DNA of 64,000 nucleotides from Nitrospinaceae bacterium (GTDB lineage Bacteria; Nitrospinota; Nitrospinia; Nitrospinales; Nitrospinaceae): NCBI GenBank assembly GCA_965223665.1, contig OZ245011.1:2816001-2880000 (forward strand), written 5' to 3'. Positions within the stretch are counted from its first letter, which is position 1. Each line of letters opens with the position of its first letter. Both the position numbers and the translations under genes were made by a program. Below, in pieces: positions 38,372 to 48,392 of this stretch. The notes under the pieces are model-generated. The model had not been told where the DNA came from and did not search any database. It worked only from the letters and a program-made list of their open reading frames with translations.

Positions 38372-39478
38372 TTGAACTCTTCTGCATCTTTACAACAACA
38401 AATTGGACAAATGATTATCTCGGGGTTTCACGGCACCACAATTTCCCGGGAAACAGAAGATTTAATTCGAAATCGCAATATTGGTGGTTTAATTCTCTTT
38501 GAACGAAACTTTGAATCCTCAATTCAACTGTATAATCTTATAAAAGATTTGCAAAGTTTAGCTTTGTCTTCCACTCCCGGATGGCCATTATTTATTTCGG
38601 TAGACCAGGAGGGTGGAAGAGTCGCAAGATTAAAATCCCCCTTTACCAATTACCCCCCACTTTGTTGTCTTGGTGAAGCTCAATCGAAAGCTCTTGCAAT
38701 TCGATTCGCTAAAGCCCTAGCAATTGAATTACTTGAGGTAGGTATAAATATGGATTATGCTCCGGTTTTGGATGTCCATACGAATCCGAAAAACCCGGTA
38801 ATAGGTGATCGAGCTTTTAGTTCTTCTCCCGATGAAACGGCAAATTTGGGTAACGCTTTCATAAAAGGGTTCCGTCAAGCGGGCATAATACCTGTGGGAA
38901 AACATTTTCCAGGTCATGGAGACACCCATTTAGATTCTCATTTGGATTTACCATACGTTAACAGAACTAAAGAAGAATTGGAGAATGTAGAATTAATTCC
39001 CTTCAAACAAACTATCGAACAGGGTCTAGAGGTTTTAATGACCGCACACGTTGTCTATTCTCAATGGGATGAGAAAAATCCTGCCACCTTTTCAAAGGCT
39101 ATTTTACAAAATATCTTGCGTAAGCGATTAGGATTTAAGGGAATTGTAATTTCTGACGATTTAGAAATGAAAGCCGTGGAAAAATATTTTCCATTAGATT
39201 CTATACCTCATTTGGGATTAGAGGCTGGTCTGGATATATTTTTGATATGTCATAACCTCGATAAAGTGAAGGAATTGCAAGATTTGATTACTAAGTCTGT
39301 TACATCTGGCAAAGTAACTCGTACTCGTATAGAAGAATCGTTATCAAGAATACTAAAAGTTAAAAAAAATATGGCAGTGTCACCACCAAATCCTCCTCAA
39401 CCCCAAAAGTGGAAAGAATCCCATCAAAAATTGGCAGAAGAAATGCGTGCTTACATGAGTAAACTGCCTTTATCCTAA
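38372..39478 (+). CDS. nagZ: Beta-N-acetylhexosaminidase (GH3)
   Basis: VDQEGGRV, KHFPGHGDTHLDSH, MTAH, SDDLEM. Confidence 0.94.
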   Translation: MNSSASLQQQIGQMIISGFHGTTISRETEDLIRNRNIGGLILFERNFESSIQLYNLIKDLQSLALSSTPGWPLFISVDQEGGRVARLKSPFTNYPPLCCLGEAQSKALAIRFAKALAIELLEVGINMDYAPVLDVHTNPKNPVIGDRAFSSSPDETANLGNAFIKGFRQAGIIPVGKHFPGHGDTHLDSHLDLPYVNRTKEELENVELIPFKQTIEQGLEVLMTAHVVYSQWDEKNPATFSKAILQNILRKRLGFKGIVISDDLEMKAVEKYFPLDSIPHLGLEAGLDIFLICHNLDKVKELQDLITKSVTSGKVTRTRIEESLSRILKVKKNMAVSPPNPPQPQKWKESHQKLAEEMRAYMSKLPLS

Positions 39479-39570
39479 TATTGAGTATCTCAATATCTCT
39501 GGTAAACCACATAATTGAAGTTTTCAGAAATAAATATTTTTGATATGCGTCCTTTTAGCTTTCATAAAAA

Positions 39571-41181
39571 ATGAATATTCAAAGTATTACTCCTATAACA
39601 AGAAATTATTTTTTTGCTTATATCGCTCTAGCACTCTACTTTTATTCCTATTCTCGTTATGGACTAAATCTTTGGGATGAAGGAGGCTTTGCTTACGGAA
39701 CCTGGCGAACCTGGAACGGACAAATAGCTATGAAGGATTTTAATCCCATAGGTTATTTACCGGGTCGATATTTTTTTGGAACTTTAATGTTTAAAATTTT
39801 TGGAGTGGAATTACAAAGCCTCCGAATGGGGATGGTGCTACTGACACCTTTCATGGTTTTAGGAGTATTTGCTATTGCCATTAGATTGATGCCTTTAAGA
39901 TTTTCCTTACTAGCTTCCGCAATGATTTTGTCGGCCCCCTCAATGTATTACAACCGTTTCTTTCCAATATTTTGCGTTCTAAATTTATTTTTTTTAATTC
40001 GTTGCTTGGAAAATCCTTCTCGATCTTCAATTATATTACTAATAAGCGCCTTAATTATTTCTTTATTATTTAAACCTGAGGTTTCAATAATCTCTATACT
40101 GGTAAGTGGAATAGTTTTAATTCCCAAGTTATTCATCAAAAAAGAACTAAAGTTTACTCGCAAACAATTGCCTTGGTTGATTGGTTTTCTCTTGGTAGGA
40201 ACTTGGAATTTGTATTATTGGATACAAAATGATGTTTTTTCAAAACTATTTAACATTGTGATTTCTACCCACCAGGTTTGGGGAAATCCTTTTCCTTCCA
40301 TTTTTCCTTTTGTAGATCAATTAAACAAATTTGGTCCTCACCTTATGTTTGAAAAAATTTTGTTTTATTTACCTCCACTAATTTATTTGCTTACTTTTGG
40401 AGTGATTGTCTATCGTTATTGGATCAAAAAAAATGCTCATGAAATAGAAACCGGCATTCTCATTTCCATTCTAGGTTTTGGAATAGGATCATTTGGATTA
40501 GTAATATGGCGCGCTGGATTTGATAATTTATTGAGAACTTTGCCTGCGTTTTATATTTTAGTGAGCTATTATCTTTGGAAGTTATGGCCAAAGTCATCTT
40601 TGACCACCCTTTCAACAACCATGAAAAAAGTTTCTAAAATTCCATTCTTCTACGGAATTCGAATTGTTTTATTATTATTTCCGGTTTTATTTCTTTATGA
40701 GATGAATGTCCACCACGGGTTTTATGCAGGATCAATTGGTGCAATTATCAAACAACCAGCGACAATAAATACTGAAAGAATAAAAGTCTATACGAACCCT
40801 GTAGAAGCCCGATGGATCGATCAAATTTTAAAAAAGGTTTATCAATTCTCCAATCCAGGAGACTCCATTTTGGCTTTGCCTTTAAATCCAATTTTTTATT
40901 TTTTATCTCATAGAGAAAACTCAATTAATCATGACTGGATACTACCTGGTATGCTTAACGAAAGTCAGCAAAAAGATGTGATTAAACAAATTAAAAATAA
41001 CCCTCCCAAGCTGGTCATCTTATCTAATTTACCTATTGACGGAAAAGAAAGCCGAAGGTTTTCCAATTATGCTTCAGTAGTGCACCAATTCTTAATAAAT
41101 AACTATTCAATATATGAAAAAATAGGATTGTTTGATCTGTACCTTCCAAAAAACAAAAAATTATCTAAACCCATTACTTAA
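39571..41181 (+). CDS. Multi-TM protein, probable GT-C fold glycosyltransferase
   Basis: WDEG after TM1, DF...Y.PG, FKPE, C-terminal soluble domain (GDSILALP...FYFLS.R). Confidence 0.65.
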   Translation: MNIQSITPITRNYFFAYIALALYFYSYSRYGLNLWDEGGFAYGTWRTWNGQIAMKDFNPIGYLPGRYFFGTLMFKIFGVELQSLRMGMVLLTPFMVLGVFAIAIRLMPLRFSLLASAMILSAPSMYYNRFFPIFCVLNLFFLIRCLENPSRSSIILLISALIISLLFKPEVSIISILVSGIVLIPKLFIKKELKFTRKQLPWLIGFLLVGTWNLYYWIQNDVFSKLFNIVISTHQVWGNPFPSIFPFVDQLNKFGPHLMFEKILFYLPPLIYLLTFGVIVYRYWIKKNAHEIETGILISILGFGIGSFGLVIWRAGFDNLLRTLPAFYILVSYYLWKLWPKSSLTTLSTTMKKVSKIPFFYGIRIVLLLFPVLFLYEMNVHHGFYAGSIGAIIKQPATINTERIKVYTNPVEARWIDQILKKVYQFSNPGDSILALPLNPIFYFLSHRENSINHDWILPGMLNESQQKDVIKQIKNNPPKLVILSNLPIDGKESRRFSNYASVVHQFLINNYSIYEKIGLFDLYLPKNKKLSKPIT

Positions 41182-41677
41182 ACTCTAATTTTGAAATCCC
41201 AAAAAGCGCAGAATATTTCTCAGGAAAAATATGATCACGTTCATAAAGGAGTTTAGATTTCCCAAACGTGTGACTTTTTTTCAAAAAAGTAAATTTTCAG
41301 AAGTTTTTTCCCAACCATTTCCTAAAACTAATTAACCTCAAAAACACCACTTTTTAGGTATTCAAGTTTAATTCATTCCTAATTTCTTACGAAAAAAAAC
41401 TCCTTAAAGCAAATCTTAAGTTAAATCTTCAACTTAACTTAATAAAAGTACTAACTGTTTAAAGCATCGATTTTTCAATTTATTACAAAGAATTTTTTTA
41501 AATTCACAATTTTCCCTATATTAAATTTAAACTTGCTTATTGAAGTAAATTTTAGAAATAAGTGAAAAAAAAATTCGAATTTACCTTATTTTTCAAATAT
41601 TTTTATAACATTCCGATAATTTTTGTAAAAAAATAAACCACAATTTTGGTGATTATTTTTGACAAAATGCCAAAAGT

Positions 41678-41721
41678 CTTTAGTTTTTTTAGTTGACTTC
41701 AACCTTTAAAAAAACTAAAGT
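41678..41721 (+). promoter_or_regulatory. Sigma-70 promoter (TTGACT-N17-TAAAGT) inside a 14-bp inverted repeat
   Basis: CTTTAGTTTTTTTA (41678-41691) and TAAAAAAACTAAAG (41707-41720); -35 at 41693-41698, -10 at 41716-41721. Confidence 0.6.
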
Positions 41722-41833
41722 TATGTCGGAATAGCTCTGAAAATATGGACCTTTAGGTATTATGACCAGTTTTTAACCTGAACGGTTTTAATGAAAAAAA
41801 CCACACAACAATTTTTTTAGAAGCAAAAAAAAA

Positions 41834-42253
41834 ATGCAAGAAAAAAAATACGGTACAGCAAAATTCCTTGGCCATCGTCTTCGTCAGTGGCGTAAGCAAA
41901 TTCCTCTAAAATCCTTTGAATTAGCAAAACTGATAAAAATTTCCCAAGGGTCTTTATCTGACATTGAAAACAATAAATCTCTACCTTCTGCAGATACAAT
42001 TGCAAAACTCTACCAATACACAAACCTCAATATTGTCTGGCTATTAACGGGTAAAGGACCAATGACCCGGAACGAAAAAGATCCGGCAATGGTAGATGAT
42101 GATCAAATGGTAGAAGAATCTATGGAAATGTATGGTGAAGATCAAAAACTAAAAGAAATGATTGAAAAACTAATTCGGATTTACAGGCAAGGAACTGCTG
42201 AGAAAAAGGCACACCTTATGGGCTTCCTAAATGGTGCAGATCCAGGGGAATAA
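41834..42253 (+). CDS. XRE-family HTH regulator with a repressor-like N-terminus
   Basis: LGHRLRQWR...ELAKLIKISQGSLSDIENNKSLPS...NIVWLLTGKGPM. Confidence 0.9.
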   Translation: MQEKKYGTAKFLGHRLRQWRKQIPLKSFELAKLIKISQGSLSDIENNKSLPSADTIAKLYQYTNLNIVWLLTGKGPMTRNEKDPAMVDDDQMVEESMEMYGEDQKLKEMIEKLIRIYRQGTAEKKAHLMGFLNGADPGE

Positions 42254-42262
42254 TTTTTGCTT

Positions 42263-44416
42263 TTATGCCGATCCTGACTTTTCTAATTTGACCGAAATTA
42301 CCCTTTTTTCTATCTCGCCAGGCGGCAAAATTAAATCCCAAAATCCAAAAAGACAAGTTCCCTGGTAAACAGATTCTAAACCATGTTCTGATTGCGAAAC
42401 AGTCTCTATTGGGTACCACCAAAATCGACATTGTGGATTGAAATCCATACTTAACACAAATTTAAAATACTCATCTTGTAACTTTAGAGAAGAAATTTCT
42501 TCCTTACACCCCATACTCCCCATTTTAAAACGGTTCTCTGGCTGGCTTGGGAAACGCAAAAAGCGGTCCTCAGCTTCTCCAGTTAACAAAGTAAAATTAA
42601 ACTCTATTCCAAAAAATTGGTTTAATTCACATTCACCATTATTCTCGATTTCATATTCAACCTTGATGTCAGCAGATTTTTGAAAAAATGTAAATTTTTT
42701 CTCCAAAGAAACAGGGATTATCTCTTCATTTTGCAATACCTGACCTTTTCGATACAAGGAAAAATAATAATCTTTGTTGAAAGTCCAACCCTGATCCCTT
42801 ATAACAAAGGGGGTCCCTAGAAAGTTCCCGCATTCAAAATACTTATTTGTTCTAAAGTCTTCAAACGAACAATTCTTTTCTAAAAAATGATCCATAAACG
42901 AATAGCGTTCAAATTTGTCATAAATGAGCTTGTTCTGTAAATCCTCCTCCTTTAATCGGACTTGATCATGAATGGATTTGGGCTGAACCTCTTGAGTCAA
43001 TTCGTTTTTTTCTTGTTCCCGTAATACTCGATGATAACTTTCTGGGCGTCGTTTTAAAATATTGCTTAAGTTAAAGCAAGATGGGCGAAATTCTAATTCA
43101 TATAAAACACCTCCATAAGATGGGGAAAAATAGCAATTCATCTCTCTGTTCATTACCAATATCTCATCTTTGCCGTCTTTATTGATGTCATAGGATCTTA
43201 CCTGAAGGTCTTTATCCTTTTCTTCCAATTGATTATCCGCCAGATTCTCTGCACAAATTAAATGTTGATACAAAGCATGGCGTAAATAATTGAGATAAAG
43301 ACCTCCAAACAAACCATGCCACTGAGCACAATTACATTGCCCCCGGTAAAGCTCTTTCAAAGCACCACTTGATTTTTGAAGGTCTAAAGGCAACTGATGT
43401 ATTTTCTCGCTGACATACAACATTTTTTTATGCAAATTATTGCTTTCTTCATATTTGGTGAAAAAATTATCCCAATGACCTCCCCGTAAAAAACGCCGAG
43501 AAATCTCGTTTTCCAAATCTAATGAAGGAAGTTTTTCCTTCAAAACAGCAAATTGTGAAGATGCTTCCAACGGAAGCGACCATTCCATCATTTCTTCATA
43601 TGAAGCCATTGGTAAGTAAATTCGTCCAATTGGAGAATGTTGGTCAATATAATCGCCAAATGTTGTGACTTCCAACCAACTCTGATTTTCTTCAAGAGAT
43701 AAAAACAAGTTATTCAAATAATTTTTTTCGTAAACCCACTCATATGTGTCAGGCCAACTTCCAAACTTTTCTCCATCATCTGCATAAGTGACACCCTCAA
43801 AACCGTTTTCCTTAAAATTTCGAATTCGCTCTAAAGTCTTTTCGGGAAGCTCAAATGGAATGGAATATCGTAACGATTTATTGATAGGAAATACATAAAC
43901 GGAGTATCCCTGAGTTTCGGTTATGTAATAACCCTGAATTTGATTTTCTTCCAAACCTGAATAATAAAAGTGTGTGTCATCAACAATTGTATATTTTATA
44001 TCTGCTTTTGCGATAATTTTTGGAAGAATCGGAGACCAAACTCTTTCCGCAAGCCATAAACCCTTGGGCTTTTGTCCAAATTCAGTTTCAATAAAATCAT
44101 TCATCATTTGAATCTGTCCTATCGCATCCCTTTCTGGCAAGCTGGACAAAATGGGTTCATAAAAACCTCCACTTAATATTTCCAAACGTCCAGATTCGAT
44201 AAGCTTTTTCAACAATTTCAGATAATCAGATTGATGATCTTTAATCCATTCCAATAAAGGTCCACTGAAATGTATCGCAGTTTTTATTTTGGAATAATGA
44301 CTTAGAACATTCAGGTAGGGTTTATAGCATTTCTGAAAAACCTCTTCGAAAACATGGTCGAAGTTTCCCACTGGCTGATGGTTGTGCACACCAAAAATTA
44401 ACTTTATTTTTCCCAT
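42263..44416 (-). CDS. GH57 alpha-amylase / 4-alpha-glucanotransferase
   Basis: HNHQPVGN, GFYEPIL, GLWLAERVW, DDGEKFG, SYEEMMEW, QCNCAQWHGLFGG. Confidence 0.94.
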   Translation of the reverse strand: MGKIKLIFGVHNHQPVGNFDHVFEEVFQKCYKPYLNVLSHYSKIKTAIHFSGPLLEWIKDHQSDYLKLLKKLIESGRLEILSGGFYEPILSSLPERDAIGQIQMMNDFIETEFGQKPKGLWLAERVWSPILPKIIAKADIKYTIVDDTHFYYSGLEENQIQGYYITETQGYSVYVFPINKSLRYSIPFELPEKTLERIRNFKENGFEGVTYADDGEKFGSWPDTYEWVYEKNYLNNLFLSLEENQSWLEVTTFGDYIDQHSPIGRIYLPMASYEEMMEWSLPLEASSQFAVLKEKLPSLDLENEISRRFLRGGHWDNFFTKYEESNNLHKKMLYVSEKIHQLPLDLQKSSGALKELYRGQCNCAQWHGLFGGLYLNYLRHALYQHLICAENLADNQLEEKDKDLQVRSYDINKDGKDEILVMNREMNCYFSPSYGGVLYELEFRPSCFNLSNILKRRPESYHRVLREQEKNELTQEVQPKSIHDQVRLKEEDLQNKLIYDKFERYSFMDHFLEKNCSFEDFRTNKYFECGNFLGTPFVIRDQGWTFNKDYYFSLYRKGQVLQNEEIIPVSLEKKFTFFQKSADIKVEYEIENNGECELNQFFGIEFNFTLLTGEAEDRFLRFPSQPENRFKMGSMGCKEEISSLKLQDEYFKFVLSMDFNPQCRFWWYPIETVSQSEHGLESVYQGTCLFGFWDLILPPGEIEKRVISVKLEKSGSA

Positions 44417-44448
44417 AGTGTAGGTTATTTGGAAATTATTGCGGTGCC

Positions 44449-46194
44449 TTAATTTTCTTCAATGGCAAGAGGATCTTCAAACATCCTTAAAGTATACAGG
44501 TGATAGTATAGATTTTCATTAGCTATTAGAGTTTTGTGGTTTCCAATTTCCACAACTTGGCCACGGTCAAGGACAATAATTTTATCTGCGTTATGGACAG
44601 TGCTTAGGCGGTGGGCAATTATTAAGGTGGTACGGTCTTTCATTAAATTATCTAACGCTTCCTGGATTAGATTTTCCGATTGGTTATCTAAGGAGGAAGT
44701 AGCTTCATCAAGAATTAAAATTTTTGGATCTTTTAAAAGTGCCCGGGCAATGGCAATTCTTTGTCTTTCACCCCCTGAGAGTTTAGAACCTTTTTCCCCA
44801 ACTACTGTATCTAACCCATATTCAAGTCGGGAAATAAACTCCTTGGCATTAGCCGATTGTATGGCCTGCTCCAATTCCTGTTCGGTAGCATCCAATTTTC
44901 CATACAAAATATTTTCTCGAACAGTTCCTCCAAAAAGAAGAGTTTCTTGCGGAACTAAAGCAAGATGATCTAAAAAAGATTTAATTTCTGCCTGTTTCAA
45001 GTTATGCCCATCGAAAAATATCCCACCTGAATCAACATCGAAAAACCTTAAGAGCAATTGGATAACAGTAGATTTTCCGGCACCACTAGGCCCAACCAAA
45101 GCAACCTTTTCACCTGGCCTAATATCAAAATTGATTTCCTTAAGTACAGGTTTTCCCGTGTTATACGCAAAGGAAACATTCTTAAATTCAATATTCCCTT
45201 CAATATGGTCAAGAATTTCTGGATTAGAAACATTTTTTACCAGAGGCTGTGTGTCCATAATTTCATAGACTCTCCGGATAGCCCCCAAAGCTTCCTGCAC
45301 CTGAGTGTAGATCCTGACAAATGTTCCTATCGGACCGGCAATGATTATGGCATATAGGAAAAAAGCTGCAAGCTCGCCCGGTGTGGTAGAACCTTTCATC
45401 ACTTGGTGACCCCCATACCAAACTAATCCCGCCGATACCATAAAGGTGAGAAATAATATAAAAGGACCAAAAAAAGCAGAAATTTTTAACTTTTTTACTT
45501 CCGTTTCAAATGTTCCCTCCACCCGGGTTTCAAACCGTTTCTGTTCAAAGGGTTCACGATTGTAAGACTTAACAATTTTTATGGAAGAAATCATTTCTTC
45601 AAGGACCACTAACGCACTGGCTAATTTATCCTGAACCTGACTCGATAAATTTCTGAGACGTTTTCCAAATATTCTTGCAAACAGCATAAGTGGGGGCAAA
45701 ATAAACAAAATCAAACCCGTCAATTTCCAATTTAAATAGCAAATAATTGCCAACCCACCGACAAGTGTAATTGTCTGCCTAAATAATGCCACTGGAAGGG
45801 TTACCAACGCATTTTGTATCACTGAAATATCATTGCTCATTCGAGAAAGGATTTCTCCTACTCTTCGTTCCTGAAAAAACTTTAATGACAATTGGTGAAT
45901 ATGATTAAAAAATTCGATCCTGAAATCTGCAGTAATTCGATTCCCTACAAAGCCCAGGATATAATTGGTTACAATCGCAAATACTAATTGAAAAACAATG
46001 ACTATCAGCAAATCTATAGTCAAGCTATTTAATACCCCACTATCTTTTTGAACAACCACCACGTTTATCATGTTCCGGACAATGAGCGGCAATATAAGGG
46101 TAATTACCGAAGTAAGGGTGAGGCATAAAAAAGCAAAAATTATGCTTTTTGAGTAGGGCTTTGCGTATTTCAATATTTTTGAAAAATCTTTCAT
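44449..46194 (-). CDS. MsbA-like ABC exporter (TMD-NBD fusion)
   Basis: Six-TM domain; GPSGAGKS, LSGGERQR, ILDEATSSLD, IAHRLST. Confidence 0.93.
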   Translation of the reverse strand: MKDFSKILKYAKPYSKSIIFAFLCLTLTSVITLILPLIVRNMINVVVVQKDSGVLNSLTIDLLIVIVFQLVFAIVTNYILGFVGNRITADFRIEFFNHIHQLSLKFFQERRVGEILSRMSNDISVIQNALVTLPVALFRQTITLVGGLAIICYLNWKLTGLILFILPPLMLFARIFGKRLRNLSSQVQDKLASALVVLEEMISSIKIVKSYNREPFEQKRFETRVEGTFETEVKKLKISAFFGPFILFLTFMVSAGLVWYGGHQVMKGSTTPGELAAFFLYAIIIAGPIGTFVRIYTQVQEALGAIRRVYEIMDTQPLVKNVSNPEILDHIEGNIEFKNVSFAYNTGKPVLKEINFDIRPGEKVALVGPSGAGKSTVIQLLLRFFDVDSGGIFFDGHNLKQAEIKSFLDHLALVPQETLLFGGTVRENILYGKLDATEQELEQAIQSANAKEFISRLEYGLDTVVGEKGSKLSGGERQRIAIARALLKDPKILILDEATSSLDNQSENLIQEALDNLMKDRTTLIIAHRLSTVHNADKIIVLDRGQVVEIGNHKTLIANENLYYHLYTLRMFEDPLAIEEN

Positions 46195-46350
46195 TTTGAC
46201 CCAGTATTTAAGGAAACAGGAATGATACCCTCTACTCCGCTCGGATTCAACTATCTCTTTATAATTAAAAAACCTTAGTCACCTACAAAACTAATCCAAT
46301 TACCTTTAATTCTATGTGAACAAAAAAATATACTTTTTTTATTTATTCCT

Positions 46351-46377
46351 TAAAGTTTTTTTAAGTGATTCCGTAAA
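46351..46377 (+). promoter_or_regulatory. Putative sigma-28 (FliA) promoter
   Basis: TAAAGTTT-N11-TCCGTAAA versus consensus TAAAGTTT-N11-GCCGATAA, upstream of a FlaG-like gene. Confidence 0.6.
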
Positions 46378-46484
46378 GAAGAATAGGAGAAAAGTTTTAA
46401 TATCCTAACTTTTGGATTAGTTACGCTAAATACAAAAGTTTGCATTTATGAAGACTTTTCAGTTTTTTTAAAAAGAGGTCAATT

Positions 46485-46892
46485 ATGGCAGTAGAAAACA
46501 TTAACTCCGCAATACAAAAGTCTGGATCCACGAGTATTGCTCGGAAATCGGAAAAGGAAGTGAAAAATACTGCTGCACCAAAAAATTCGGTTAATAACTC
46601 ACTGGCAGCAGAAATCCATGATGAAGTGACGCTGTCCTCTGAAGCACAAAAGTCTTTAAAACAAGCAAATTCAGAAAAAGCTACACCAAAAGTAGAATCT
46701 GAAGACAGCACTTCACCAGTTACTACTTTAAAAAGAGAGAGAACCTTAACTGAGGACAATGAACTCATCGTAAAGGTCATTGATCCAAATACACAAGAGG
46801 TAATCCGACAAATTCCCGGAGAAGACGTACTTCGGTTAAAAGAAGCCATCCGAAGCATTATTGAACAGGGCCAGGCAGATATTGAAATTTAG
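46485..46892 (+). CDS. flaG: FlaG family flagellar protein
   Basis: C-terminal LIVKVIDPNTQEVIRQIPGEDVL. Confidence 0.85.
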   Translation: MAVENINSAIQKSGSTSIARKSEKEVKNTAAPKNSVNNSLAAEIHDEVTLSSEAQKSLKQANSEKATPKVESEDSTSPVTTLKRERTLTEDNELIVKVIDPNTQEVIRQIPGEDVLRLKEAIRSIIEQGQADIEI

Positions 46893-46928
46893 GTCTTCAA
46901 TGGCCTCCTCAAGAAAGGAGAGAACACA

Positions 46929-47174
46929 ATGGATATCTCCCTTTTAGGAAATATTAATGCAGTCAACCGCGGTCTATTAACAGACAAACATGATCCCTCG
47001 GATAAAGAGGTTCGAGAATCTTCACAATCGGCAAAAAAAGACGAATTATTGTCACGAGAATCTCAAATAAGCCCCGTTCCTCCTGTTCAGGCCACTGCAG
47101 ATATTCCTAACCAAAAATCTGATTTGTTACCTGAAGAAAAACATGCCGGCAAACAAATCAATATTAAAGTTTAA
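46929..47174 (+). CDS. Small hypothetical protein, possibly flagellar-regulon associated
   Basis: AAGGAG SD; ends in AGKQINIKV; directly downstream of flaG. Confidence 0.65.
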   Translation: MDISLLGNINAVNRGLLTDKHDPSDKEVRESSQSAKKDELLSRESQISPVPPVQATADIPNQKSDLLPEEKHAGKQINIKV

Positions 47175-47201
47175 TTTAAAATTGATTCTTTTATTTTAGG
47201 A

Positions 47202-47228
47202 TTTCCAATAGGGTGGATTAATTGGAAA
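47202..47228. terminator. Possible hairpin between convergent genes
   Basis: TTTCCAAT...ATTGGAAA inverted repeat. Confidence 0.35.
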
Positions 47229-47257
47229 GTAAATTATTGAATATGAATTAAACAAGG

Positions 47258-47818
47258 TTATTTCATTACGGACATAAAACGGTCGCGGATTTCTTCTGGG
47301 GTGTGAGTGACACGGCCGGTTGATTTGTCAAAACCGGGTTCCACTTTAACTAATAAAAAGTTAGGACCTTCCTTTTCATATAAATCTAAATAAGCTGGTT
47401 TGAATTCTTCAAGTTTGGTTACACGGCGAACATTTTTGTAACCGGAACTTTTTGCCACTTGCTCCAAAGGGATGCTATTCGAGATAGACCGTTGACTTCC
47501 TGTAGACTCATAAACTTCATTATCAATCGTAATATGGAGTAAATTCTTTGGAGCACTGGAAGCAATCATCGCTAAAGTCCCCATGGACATCAAAACGTTA
47601 CCATCCCCATCTAAAATAATTGTTTTACGATCCGGCTGCGCGAGGGCCACCCCTAAGCCAATAGAAGATGCAAGGCCCATGGATCCGATCATATAAAAAC
47701 TTCCCTCTCTATCTTTGACGTTAAAAAATTCTCGGCTAATGAAACCATTAGCTAAAACCATAGGTTCGTTTTTTAATAAAGTTGCAAATTCCCGGTATAT
47801 ATCAATGCTTTTCATCAA
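47258..47818 (-). CDS. ThDP-dependent sulfopyruvate/phosphonopyruvate decarboxylase, beta (PP-domain) subunit
   Basis: FYMIGSMGLASSIGLG, DGDGNVLM...DNEVYESTG.Q. Confidence 0.88.
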   Translation of the reverse strand: MMKSIDIYREFATLLKNEPMVLANGFISREFFNVKDREGSFYMIGSMGLASSIGLGVALAQPDRKTIILDGDGNVLMSMGTLAMIASSAPKNLLHITIDNEVYESTGSQRSISNSIPLEQVAKSSGYKNVRRVTKLEEFKPAYLDLYEKEGPNFLLVKVEPGFDKSTGRVTHTPEEIRDRFMSVMK

Positions 47819-48302
47819 ACATGCCTTTTTTTATTAACAGTGTATAAGGAAGTTTATCTTCTGTAATCGTTTTTAATGCCTTTTGTAAAACTGCTTCAGC
47901 ATTCTCTTCTTCTAAAACGCTATAAAGCATTCCGGAGGTATCTAATAATTTTTCATTAATGTCACCCATAATGATATGTTCTGGAGCATCTTTACCACCA
48001 CAGCCACGCCAACTCATAATCACTAACATGGGGATTTTATAGATAAGATTTAAAGAAGTGAACGCATTGAGACTATATCCAAACCCTGAGTTTTGCATTA
48101 AAATTACTGGTAATTTTCCCGCCATATAAGCCCCAGTACAAAGTCCTACCGCAGCATCTTCTCTAATGGAAGGAATATAATTAACATCTGGAGCTTCTTC
48201 CAATGAAGAGATGAGCCCAGACAATAACGAACAGGGTATCCCAGTATAAAAATTAAAACCTAAATTTTGTAATTGGTCGATAAATGATTTAGATGAGATC
48301 AT
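47802..48302 (-). CDS. ThDP-dependent sulfopyruvate/phosphonopyruvate decarboxylase, alpha (PYR-domain) subunit
   Basis: TGIPCSLL, REDAAVG, MQNSGFG, WRG..GKDAPEH..MG. Confidence 0.88.
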   Translation of the reverse strand: MISSKSFIDQLQNLGFNFYTGIPCSLLSGLISSLEEAPDVNYIPSIREDAAVGLCTGAYMAGKLPVILMQNSGFGYSLNAFTSLNLIYKIPMLVIMSWRGCGGKDAPEHIIMGDINEKLLDTSGMLYSVLEEENAEAVLQKALKTITEDKLPYTLLIKKGMFDEKH

Positions 48303-48392
48303 AAAGGATGTGTTGATTAGTTTTTTCTTGGAATTAATAACTCATTAACAATTTAAAGGACGCCAACCCAATTTGCAAGGCAGATAATTTTT

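Noticed and set aside
39478-39496. Hairpin ATATTGAG-TAT-CTCAATAT after nagZ
   Set aside because: AT-rich stem with no U-tract; cannot be told apart from chance.
41834-42253. Prophage immunity region
   Set aside because: No cro, integrase, att site or structural genes; flanks are ordinary metabolic genes.
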